From an uncultured Ignavibacteriales bacterium (GTDB lineage: Bacteria; Bacteroidota; Ignavibacteria; Tepidaquicellales; OLB5), in the NCBI GenBank assembly GCA_964461265.1, contig CAYWTS010000004.1:52112-116111 (forward strand): 64,000 nt of DNA, in the 5' to 3' direction. Shown here in pieces: positions 55,915 through 64,000 of the stretch. How positions within the stretch are numbered: position 1 is the first letter of the stretch; the number at the start of each line of letters is the position of its first letter. Below the pieces are notes generated by a model, which saw only the letters and a list, made by a program, of their open reading frames with translations, made no database searches and had not been told where the DNA came from. The translations under genes were made by a program, and so were the position numbers.

Positions 55915-55964
55915 ATATTCAAAATATTCCTAAGACAATATAAAAACAATTGTAAATTTAATAT

Positions 55965-56000
55965 AAAAAAAGGTGCTGTATTTTATTGATACAGCACCTT
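55965..56000 (-). terminator. Rho-independent terminator of the SBBP/T9SS gene
   Basis: AGGTGCTGTA (55971..55980) pairs with TACAGCACCT (55990..55999), 9-nt loop. On the minus strand the hairpin is followed by TTTTTT (complement of 55965..55970). 21 nt after the stop at 56021. Confidence 0.7.
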
Positions 56001-56020
56001 TTAAGAACTTCTTGCTGGTT

Positions 56021-57661
56021 TTACTTTATAAGTATCATCCTTTTTGTTTCTGAATATACATTTGCTATCAGTTTATAGAAATATACTCCGCTAGGATAAT
56101 TTGTCCCATCCCATTCAACTTCATAAGTTCCGGGGTTTAATTGCTCGTTAACGAGTGTTTCAACTTCCTTCCCAAGAATATCGTAAATAATCATTTTCAC
56201 GTTTGACGTTTCGCGTTTTACGTTTGACGTTATACTGAATTTTATCTTTGTTACCGGATTAAACGGATTCGGGTAATTCTGATATAATTTAAAACCTAAA
56301 GGGACCTCACCTGAAATATTTTTTATACCAATAGTTGATGAATATTTTATTATAATATAATCTGTATTATTTGGGCTGTCACTGCCTCCAGCTACATATA
56401 CAAACCCGTAATTATCCACCCAGAGTGCATTGCCGCTGTCGTATTCGTCACCGGTACCATTGTACCTTACCGCCCACTGCTGAACCCCGCTGGGATTATA
56501 TCCAATCGTAGCAATGTCATCGAACTGGTTTGTTCCCCGGCTCATTCCGGTGATATATACATTTCCTGTAATATCAACGGCAATCCAGTTGGCATAGTCA
56601 TTACCTGTGCCATTACCGTTATAGCGTGCAACCCATTGCTGGACACCGTTATTATTATATTTTATTGTGCAGTAATCGTCTCCTGTTCCGCTGCCGGCAC
56701 TATTACCGGTGACATAAACATTTCCTGCGTTATCAAGCACAACGTTAAATGATTCATCTATTCCGTTTGCAGGGCCGTTGTATCTTGATGCCCACTGCTG
56801 AATACCGTTGTTATTAAGCTTAATTGTGCAGTAATCGGAATTGTTGTTTGTTACATGGCTGTATCCGGCTATGTATATGTTTCCCTGTGCATCAATTGCA
56901 TTTGATGAAGGGAAATCAATCCCATTACCCGGACCATTATAGGTCGAAATCCATTGCTGGTTGCCGTTAGCATCGTATTTAATTGTTACGTAATCGAGAT
57001 CGTTAACAGTTGTGCTTGCACCTGTAACATATGAGTTGCCGAAATTATCGATTACAATAGAATTGCCGTAATCATCGTTATTATCTGTGCCATTGTATCG
57101 TTTTACCCACAGCTCAACGCCATTCGCATTATATTTAATAGTGCAGTAGTCATCATGTGAACTGCCTCCGTTGCTGTAACCTGTTATGTAAACATTTCCG
57201 GAGTTATCAGTAACAAGTGAATAAACTTCGTCAGTTGCATTTCCCGGCCCGTTATACCTTGCAATCCATTGCTGAACGCCATTTGAATTGTATTTAATTA
57301 CACAGTAATCGAATCCGGAAGTGTTACCCCAGCTAGTGCCACAGACGTATACATTCCCTGAGTTATCCACCTTAACAAGGTAAGCATCGTCATCATCGTT
57401 ACCGGGTCCGTTATACCGCTGAGACCAAACAACCGACCCATAGGGATCGTATTTTATTACGGTGAAGTCTAAAGTTCCTTCGCTTCCTGTACTGCCGCCA
57501 GCAACGTATATAAAACCCTGGTTATCTACAAAAATTGAAGTTGCTTCGTCATAATTATTACCTGTTCCATTATACTTAGTTAGCCAAACCTGCGAAACCT
57601 GAGCGGAGGTAATTAGTAATGAACAATTAAAAATGAATAATATGTAAAATATTTTTTTCAT
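56021..57661 (-). CDS. Secreted SBBP-repeat beta-propeller protein with T9SS type-A C-terminal sorting domain
   Basis: 546 aa. Signal peptide. Eight modules with a YNG(P/T)GN...D...VD..GNVYVTG......DY.TIKYN..G.QQW pattern (YNG at aa 30, 83, 136, 189, 241, 294, 347, 400). C-terminal LYQNYPNPFNP...IYDILGKEV...G.YEVEWDG....SGVYFYKL is a T9SS CTD. Confidence 0.85.
   Translation of the reverse strand: MKKIFYILFIFNCSLLITSAQVSQVWLTKYNGTGNNYDEATSIFVDNQGFIYVAGGSTGSEGTLDFTVIKYDPYGSVVWSQRYNGPGNDDDDAYLVKVDNSGNVYVCGTSWGNTSGFDYCVIKYNSNGVQQWIARYNGPGNATDEVYSLVTDNSGNVYITGYSNGGSSHDDYCTIKYNANGVELWVKRYNGTDNNDDYGNSIVIDNFGNSYVTGASTTVNDLDYVTIKYDANGNQQWISTYNGPGNGIDFPSSNAIDAQGNIYIAGYSHVTNNNSDYCTIKLNNNGIQQWASRYNGPANGIDESFNVVLDNAGNVYVTGNSAGSGTGDDYCTIKYNNNGVQQWVARYNGNGTGNDYANWIAVDITGNVYITGMSRGTNQFDDIATIGYNPSGVQQWAVRYNGTGDEYDSGNALWVDNYGFVYVAGGSDSPNNTDYIIIKYSSTIGIKNISGEVPLGFKLYQNYPNPFNPVTKIKFSITSNVKRETSNVKMIIYDILGKEVETLVNEQLNPGTYEVEWDGTNYPSGVYFYKLIANVYSETKRMILIK
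56339..57589 (-). repeat. Eight tandem ~159-bp (53-codon) coding repeats (SBBP modules)
   Basis: Regular 52-53-aa spacing of the YNG motif within the ORF. These are diverged coding repeats, not a non-coding array. Confidence 0.7.
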
Positions 57662-58059
57662 TTCAGTTTAGAATTTTCAGTTGAATTTTTTAAAAGGAAT
57701 TATCACCGGTTTATTTCTGGAATTTGCATTGTGTATAATGCTTCTTTTATAATAAAGAGCTGTAAATATAAGATTAACATACCCAAATTTATTAATATTT
57801 ACAAGTATTTTAGAAAGAAACGGTAAGAAACTAAGTAAAATGAAACAGTTTTTAAAAATTTACTCAGTTAAACAGAGGTAAGATACAATAATAAGCAGGT
57901 GGGTTGTATTTGAAATCTTATGTGAAACGGTTGTTTTTATCAAATTAGCATGAATTTTCATGGTGCTATATGAGTTAATAATTTTGGAGAGAAATTATCA
58001 GGAATTATAATGTTGGGGAATCCGGGTAAATAAATGTTGCAGGTATTATGTAAAAAAAT

Positions 58060-61000
58060 TCAAATTTGATTTATCACTTTAATAAATCCGATTGTTTGAT
58101 TAAGAACATCATCTTTAAATTCCAGCTCTGCCGAAAGTGTCTTTTTGGTCTGTTTTATTTTTATGTTTTGTGAGGGATTTGAGTTAATATACGATATAAT
58201 ATTTTCAAACTTTCCGCTTTTAAAAAGCTCGTCTTTCAAGTCGAAAAATAACTCAGCAGTATTTCCTCTTATTATTGCTTTATTGAATGGTGAGAGCGAA
58301 AGTTCAAGCTTTAATTTTACATGTGTTATTAATGAAACAACCTCATAGGGCAGTTTGCTGAATCTATCGAGCAGTTCATCATGAACTGAATTAATTTCTT
58401 CTTCCGAAGCAGCTTTTGACAACTTCTGATAAATTTCAAGCCTTGTGTTTTCATCATCGATATAATATTCGGGTATAAGCATCTGCCTGTCAGATTCGAG
58501 TGTGATTTCCTGTAACTTTTTTATTCCGTGTTTCTCCTGAGGTGTAATTTCGGGGATAACCGCACCAATCTCGCTTTCCTTCAGTTCAGATACGGCATCA
58601 TCAAGTATCTGCATATATGTATCGAATCCCAGTTCAGCGATAAAACCGCTTTGTTCTCTGCCGAGCAGGTTTCCGGCACCCCGGATTTCTAAATCACGCA
58701 AAGCTAAGTTCATTCCCGAACCAAGCTCCGTGAACTCTTCCAATGCGTGAAGGCGTCTTACTGCCTGTTTAGTTAGTGAGCTTTGAGGCGGGGTAATCAG
58801 GTAAGCATACGACTTAATGTTTGACCGCCCAACACGCCCGCGCAGCTGATACAGTTCTGCTAAGCCAAAGTTATCTGCCCGGTTGATTAATATAGTGTTT
58901 ACTGAAGGAATATCAAGCCCGGATTCTATTATTTTTGTGCAAACCAGGACATTATATTTCTTCTCAAGAAATTTCATCATAACATTTTCTAAAGATGCCG
59001 GGTTCATTTGTCCGTGTGCAAGGGCAACTTTTGCAGACGGCACAAGTTCTTCTATCATCTGAGCATACTCATCAAGCTTTGCAATTTTATCATTTACAAA
59101 ATATACCTGCCCGTTCCTTTGTAATTCTTTCGTAATCGCATCTGCTATTATTTTTTTATCAAAATTAATGATTTCGGTGTGAATGGGCTGACGGTTCTTA
59201 GGGGGTGTGTTGATAATAGAAAGATCTCTTGCACCAAGCAGTGAAAAATTCAGGGTTCGGGGTATAGGCGTTGCTGTTAAGGTTAAAACGTCCACATTTT
59301 CTTTAATCATTTTCAATTTTTCTTTTGCACGTACCCCGAATCGATGTTCTTCGTCGATTATAAGCAAACCCAAGCCTCCGGGAGCCGATTTGAAATTAAT
59401 ATCCTTTGATAGCAGTCTGTGAGTTCCTATTATAATGTTTATTTTACCTTCTTCCAGCCGTTTCAATATTATCTGCTGTTCCGATTTTGTTTTAAATCTT
59501 GAGAGGTGTTCCACTTCTACAGCCCATCCTTCAAGCCTGTCTTTAAACGTAAAATAATGCTGTTCTGCAAGTATAGTTGTAGGCACCAGTATTGCTACCT
59601 GTTTATTATCTTGTACCGCTTTGAATGCTGCCCGCACCGCAATTTCTGTTTTGCCAAACCCTACATCACCGCATATTAAACGGTCCATGGGCGGATGATT
59701 TTCCATATCCCGTTTAACTGAAACTGTTGCAGTAATCTGGTCGGGTGTATCTTCATAAATAAAGCTTGCTTCAAGTTCTTTTTGCCAAACAGTATCTTTG
59801 GAAAAGCGGAAACCTTCAGTATTTTTTCGTTTGGCATACAGCAGAATTAAATCACGGGCAATTTCCTGTATCTTTTTCTTTGTTCTGTGTTTAATCTTTT
59901 CCCATTCATTCCCGCCGAGTTTGCTTAGCTTTGGAGTATGTCCGTCTTGAGCCGAATATTTTTTTATGAGATGCAGCGAATTAAGACTTACATACACCGA
60001 GTCATTATCTTTATAAAGGAGCTTAACGGCTTCCTGTACCACGCCGGCTGCTTTTATCTTTTTAAGCCCTGCATATTTACCAATACCATAGTTATGGTGA
60101 ACCATATAATCGCCATTGCTGACTTTTACAAGTTCTTTGAATGTGATACCATGAAATTTTCGTCTGTGTTTAACAGGTCTGTAATAGCGTGAGAATACTT
60201 CATGTTCGGTATAAAGGGCTAATCGGTCATCCGGCATAATAAAACCATTATGCGGCGAATTATTCAGATACGCGATACCTTCTAACTCATTATTTAAATC
60301 AAGGTCGGTAATAAGTTCTCTGAATCGGTCCGACTGGTAATCATCGGTAGCAGTCAGATATATATCATATCCGTTATTTTTCATTTCCAGCAGATTTTTA
60401 TATAATAACTTGATATTTGAATTAAAAGCAGGCTGGCTCTTTGATATAAGATGTATTTCCTTTATGTTATCTGCTAAAGTAAGTGAAGCGGATTTTGCAA
60501 CGGAAAACACTGAAAAGAAAGCCCGCCTGTATTTCCTTAGATAATCAAAAACGCCGGGATACTCACTTTCTATAATGTCCGGTTCGTATAAAATTACTAG
60601 TGAATTTTCATTTAATTGTTTATACAGTTCAATCCCGTTATCTGATTTTAAGTTTGCGGGAAGTATTTCAACCGAGTTAATTTGTGAAATTGAGCGTTGT
60701 GTAGAAATATCAAATTCACGGATTGATTCAATTGCGTTACTAAAAAACTCTATTCGGACTGGCTGGTCTAAGTATTCAGGAAAGATGTCGATAATACCCC
60801 CGCGTACAGCGAAATCATTTTCCTCTTCCACCATTCGCTTTTTGTTAAATCCGAGATTTTTAAGCTGCTGAACCAGGCTATCAAAGGAATACTCCTCACC
60901 CTTTTTAAGCTTAATTGTTAATTTATTAAAATTTTCTTCTTCGGCTGTCTTTGCAATTAATGTAGCCGGGTCAACTAAGATTACGTAACTATCGTTAGAA

Positions 61001-61314
61001 AATAATTTCTTCAGTATAGATGAAAGAGATGAGATTTCTGTTTCAAATTCTTCTTCACATTTGCTTAGATAAATCTCTGTCTTAAAAGAATTTTCTTTAC
61101 CAATAATGAAATTCAGGTCGTCGCGAAGCTTAAAAAGTTTGCTGCTATCGGCAGATGTAATAATAATTTTATTAAAAAGTTTTTCAAAAAGATGGGATAC
61201 TATAAAACTATCAAGTGAACCGCTGGCTCCTGTTATGAAAAGATTCTGCTCCTGTTTATTGAGAATACTATCGAATGTTTTTGTATTGAATATTTTATTC
61301 TTAAGAATGTCCAA
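58060..61314 (-). CDS. mfd: Transcription-repair coupling factor
   Basis: 1084 aa. Central CarD/RID-like region (GDYMVHHNYGIGKY), SF2 helicase motifs GDVGFGKTE and LLIIDEEHRFGV, QLRGRVGRS, and a TRCF C-terminal domain. Confidence 0.95.
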   Translation of the reverse strand: MDILKNKIFNTKTFDSILNKQEQNLFITGASGSLDSFIVSHLFEKLFNKIIITSADSSKLFKLRDDLNFIIGKENSFKTEIYLSKCEEEFETEISSLSSILKKLFSNDSYVILVDPATLIAKTAEEENFNKLTIKLKKGEEYSFDSLVQQLKNLGFNKKRMVEEENDFAVRGGIIDIFPEYLDQPVRIEFFSNAIESIREFDISTQRSISQINSVEILPANLKSDNGIELYKQLNENSLVILYEPDIIESEYPGVFDYLRKYRRAFFSVFSVAKSASLTLADNIKEIHLISKSQPAFNSNIKLLYKNLLEMKNNGYDIYLTATDDYQSDRFRELITDLDLNNELEGIAYLNNSPHNGFIMPDDRLALYTEHEVFSRYYRPVKHRRKFHGITFKELVKVSNGDYMVHHNYGIGKYAGLKKIKAAGVVQEAVKLLYKDNDSVYVSLNSLHLIKKYSAQDGHTPKLSKLGGNEWEKIKHRTKKKIQEIARDLILLYAKRKNTEGFRFSKDTVWQKELEASFIYEDTPDQITATVSVKRDMENHPPMDRLICGDVGFGKTEIAVRAAFKAVQDNKQVAILVPTTILAEQHYFTFKDRLEGWAVEVEHLSRFKTKSEQQIILKRLEEGKINIIIGTHRLLSKDINFKSAPGGLGLLIIDEEHRFGVRAKEKLKMIKENVDVLTLTATPIPRTLNFSLLGARDLSIINTPPKNRQPIHTEIINFDKKIIADAITKELQRNGQVYFVNDKIAKLDEYAQMIEELVPSAKVALAHGQMNPASLENVMMKFLEKKYNVLVCTKIIESGLDIPSVNTILINRADNFGLAELYQLRGRVGRSNIKSYAYLITPPQSSLTKQAVRRLHALEEFTELGSGMNLALRDLEIRGAGNLLGREQSGFIAELGFDTYMQILDDAVSELKESEIGAVIPEITPQEKHGIKKLQEITLESDRQMLIPEYYIDDENTRLEIYQKLSKAASEEEINSVHDELLDRFSKLPYEVVSLITHVKLKLELSLSPFNKAIIRGNTAELFFDLKDELFKSGKFENIISYINSNPSQNIKIKQTKKTLSAELEFKDDVLNQTIGFIKVINQI

Positions 61315-61335
61315 TTATAAGAATAGGTAATACTG

Positions 61336-62148
61336 CTATTTTAATTTTAAAAATTGATTGCTCAAAAAGATAAACTCTTCAACTTTTAATGTTTCGGCAC
61401 GTCTTGAGAAATCAAAATCTATATCATTTAACCTGAAGCCATTTTTGCTTAAACAGTTTTTTAAAGTTTTTCTGCGTGAACTAAATGACATTTTTACAAC
61501 ACGTTTGAAAATGTTTATGTCATCGATTTTATTTTCAAGTACGCTGTTAAATGATAATTGTATAATTCGTGAATCAACACCGGGTTTCGGAAAGAAGCAG
61601 TTTCTTGACACTTTAAAAAGAAGTTTTGGAAGAGTAAAAACCTGTGTAAAAACAGAAGTAATCCCGTAACTTTTACTATTAGGTGCAGCAGTTAACCTTT
61701 GAGCAACTTCTTCCTGAATCATTAGCAATGCATCATCAATGTATCTGCGGTAATCAAAAAGCTTGAATAATATATCCGATGTAATATTGTATGGTATATT
61801 GCCAATTACCCGTATCCTGATTTCGTTTTCATTAGAATACTTATGCCTAAAGTACCGTTTAACAGACTTCACTATATCTATATTCAGGAAGTCTGCATTG
61901 ATTAGCTTTAAATCCGGCAGAGATTTTTGGAGATGTATGCAGTTGTCTTTATCCAGCTCAATCGCAATAAAGTTACTTGTTTTTTGCAGTATATATCTCG
62001 TGAGGGCTCCTTGTCCGGCACCTATTTCAATTATTAAATCCTTATCCTTAATATCCAATGAATTAACTATCTTCCTGCAAATGTTATCATCTGTCAGGTA
62101 ATTTTGGCTGAGTGATTTTTTAGGAAATGGTTTTTTGGCTAAAACCAT
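61336..62148 (-). CDS. rsmA: 16S rRNA (adenine1518-N6/adenine1519-N6)-dimethyltransferase
   Basis: 270 aa. KSLSQNYL.D, SAM motif IIEIGAGQGALT, and NIPYNITS motif. Confidence 0.95.
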   Translation of the reverse strand: MVLAKKPFPKKSLSQNYLTDDNICRKIVNSLDIKDKDLIIEIGAGQGALTRYILQKTSNFIAIELDKDNCIHLQKSLPDLKLINADFLNIDIVKSVKRYFRHKYSNENEIRIRVIGNIPYNITSDILFKLFDYRRYIDDALLMIQEEVAQRLTAAPNSKSYGITSVFTQVFTLPKLLFKVSRNCFFPKPGVDSRIIQLSFNSVLENKIDDINIFKRVVKMSFSSRRKTLKNCLSKNGFRLNDIDFDFSRRAETLKVEEFIFLSNQFLKLK

Positions 62149-64000
62149 TATTTTGCCGGATTAAGAATTAACAGTTTATATTTTTTTTCAATCATTTCCA
62201 ATTCATCTGTTGTACCGGTAATATATTCACCATTTAACCACAATCTTGTTTGATCTTTGTAGTTTTTATGCAGAGGCTGTCCGTTTTGTCCTGTTGTGTT
62301 GACGGTAAGAGAATGTTTTACATCTCCAAGATCCACTATCATTCTCATTGAGGAACCAAGTATATTTGTAAAATCACCGTTTTCCAGGGCATTATTAAAG
62401 CTATACACCGAGTTGTTAAGAGTAGTTTGGTCGCCGCCAACGCTATAAGGTCCTATGTTAAAGCTTTTATCGAGTGCTTCAACCGTTCCAAGCGGATGGC
62501 GGAACTTTACCGTATGTATATCTCCCCAGTTCTTTGAACCATTTGCACCTGGTTGTATTTTTTCGTTAAAAAGTTCAATAGCATTAAACAAACTTTTACG
62601 AATTATTTCGTCTCTGGTTTCGGTAGCAGCAGTATTTACGTTATCGAACCAGGCTGAATTTTTTTTCAGCAGAAGCATTATAGAACGATATGGGAGATTT
62701 TGTATGATTAAAAAATCATGAAATACTTCCTTGCCAAGTTCATCTTCATAAGTGTTTTTTAAAAGCATAATGAAAAATAAGCTGTAAATTGTGCCAATTT
62801 CGCTATTAGGTTTCAAATCCCCGTTCCAGTTTTTAAATTTTTCTAAAAATTTGCTTGTTTCTTCGTCGGTTTTAACATTTTTGTACGCTTCTAAAATATA
62901 GCCGGAAATCTCTTTTGCATAGGGCGATTCATAGCTCATCTGGATAAGCTTGAAATCATTAATGCCAAGCTTTGACCGGTTTGAAAGAAATTCCGTTATT
63001 TTATCAAATCTGGATGCAGGTTCAAAAATATATGATATATAGAATCTGTCTTTTTGTCCGGTTATTAACCAGTCAAAAGGATTTGTATTGGCTGTTGCAA
63101 TGAATTCTTCATTTGGATTGTATACACCGGGCATATTATCAAAGTCAATAAAACCTGTCCATTCTAAATCTTCCGATAGCGGAAAAATGAAATCATTTTC
63201 CTGGATTGATTTCCGTACAGGTATTTTACCGCCTGCATGGTAGCCAATGTTACCGTTTATATCGGCATACATAAAATTCTGTGCCGGTACGCAAAACTTT
63301 TTTATTCCTTCTTTGAATTCATCCCAGTTCCTTGCGGTATTTATTTTATAAAAAGCATCTACATCATCAGCCAGCTCGAAACCTGTCCATTTAAACGTAA
63401 GTATCTTATCTTTGAGCGAAATGCAGTCCTGTGCCTGAAGTTCTGCAAATCCCCCGATGCTTAAGTCGGAAATTACAGGACCTATTTTTGTTAGGTAAAC
63501 TATGAAGTCGATTTCAGCTGAATCTTTAACAAGAATTTTTTCCGGTATAGAATCGTATGTGTAAACCTGATTCTTTAAATAGTATTTGGTTTTATCGCCG
63601 GAGTCTTTTGTCAGCAGTATAAAATCACAATCATCGTTCATAAGGTTGGTTAATCCCCAAGCGATGTAATTGTTGTGTCCTATAATAATCCCCGGGATAC
63701 CGGGTAATGACATACCTGTTACATTAAGAGTATTGCTATTCAGATATACTTCATACCATTTGGAAGGAGCCTGAAATCCCAGGTGGGGATCGTTTGCTAT
63801 TATGGGTTTTCCGGATTCCGATTTTGCCCCTGAAATAACCCAGCAGTTACTGCCCCCATTTAAATTGTTAAATCCAAGAAATTCACGGTAATCTGCATAA
63901 GTATTGTAAAAATTCCGGGCAATCAATGTAATATTTTTTATATTATGTTCTGAAGCTGAAATTTTTTCCAAAGTATCTGTTTGCTCTGCTTCAGGTGGCT
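62148..64000 (-). CDS. Penicillin acylase (Ntn-hydrolase, S45) family protein; N-terminal part lies beyond the right edge
   Basis: The frame stays open to position 64000, so the track 'start' at 63971 is only an in-frame TTG. Beta-subunit nucleophile motif GGSNCWVISG, followed by ANDPHL. 1-nt overlap with rsmA. Confidence 0.85.
   Translation of the reverse strand, partial: PPEAEQTDTLEKISASEHNIKNITLIARNFYNTYADYREFLGFNNLNGGSNCWVISGAKSESGKPIIANDPHLGFQAPSKWYEVYLNSNTLNVTGMSLPGIPGIIIGHNNYIAWGLTNLMNDDCDFILLTKDSGDKTKYYLKNQVYTYDSIPEKILVKDSAEIDFIVYLTKIGPVISDLSIGGFAELQAQDCISLKDKILTFKWTGFELADDVDAFYKINTARNWDEFKEGIKKFCVPAQNFMYADINGNIGYHAGGKIPVRKSIQENDFIFPLSEDLEWTGFIDFDNMPGVYNPNEEFIATANTNPFDWLITGQKDRFYISYIFEPASRFDKITEFLSNRSKLGINDFKLIQMSYESPYAKEISGYILEAYKNVKTDEETSKFLEKFKNWNGDLKPNSEIGTIYSLFFIMLLKNTYEDELGKEVFHDFLIIQNLPYRSIMLLLKKNSAWFDNVNTAATETRDEIIRKSLFNAIELFNEKIQPGANGSKNWGDIHTVKFRHPLGTVEALDKSFNIGPYSVGGDQTTLNNSVYSFNNALENGDFTNILGSSMRMIVDLGDVKHSLTVNTTGQNGQPLHKNYKDQTRLWLNGEYITGTTDELEMIEKKYKLLILNPAK

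Noticed and set aside
56339-57589. Periodic ~159-bp DNA repeats. Considered as a non-coding repeat array or mobile-element remnant.
   Set aside because: The repeats are in frame within one long ORF and correspond to protein modules (SBBP blades). The divergence pattern is that of coding repeats.
57662-58059. 398-bp AT-rich spacer upstream of the SBBP/T9SS gene. Checked for small ORFs, repeats and RNA motifs.
   Set aside because: Nothing beyond AT-rich promoter-like sequence was recognisable by eye.

Overview
AT-rich bacterial chromosome segment. It looks like an FCB-group organism (Ignavibacteria/Bacteroidota-like), inferred from a fused CcoN-CcoO oxidase subunit, a T9SS-type C-terminal sorting domain and a TAnnTTTG-like promoter element; this lineage call is inference only. 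All family calls come from reading the supplied translations and recalling motifs; no database search was possible.

Layout:
- 1-3.5 kb: scpA 5' end, a YjbQ-family protein, a lipoprotein and adenine deaminase.
- 3.6-13.3 kb: a complete cbb3-type cytochrome oxidase biogenesis/structural cluster (ccoI, ccoS, an inserted PLP enzyme, ccoNO, ccoQ, ccoP, ccoG, fixH, a DsbD_2/TauE-like protein), preceded by two Crp/Fnr-type palindromes.
- 13.4-23.2 kb: mixed housekeeping genes (SDR, DUF899-like, VOC, MFS, FKBP-TPR, dxr-rseP, CNNM/TlyC).
- 23.3-49.9 kb: about 25 genes, all on the minus strand, forming a surface-polysaccharide locus (SLBB export protein, Wzc-type tyrosine kinase, Wzx flippase). It is dominated by nucleotide-sugar tailoring enzymes and contains several unassignable proteins. 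This is the accessory region and the best candidate for something new.
- 50-64 kb: fabD-fabG, DUF309, DoxX, tRNA-Cys and tRNA-Gly, a peptidase-like/PD40/Omp85 fusion outer-membrane protein, an eight-module SBBP propeller with a T9SS tail, mfd, rsmA and a truncated penicillin-acylase-family gene.

No transposase, integrase, CRISPR array, rRNA or recognisable defence system was seen.
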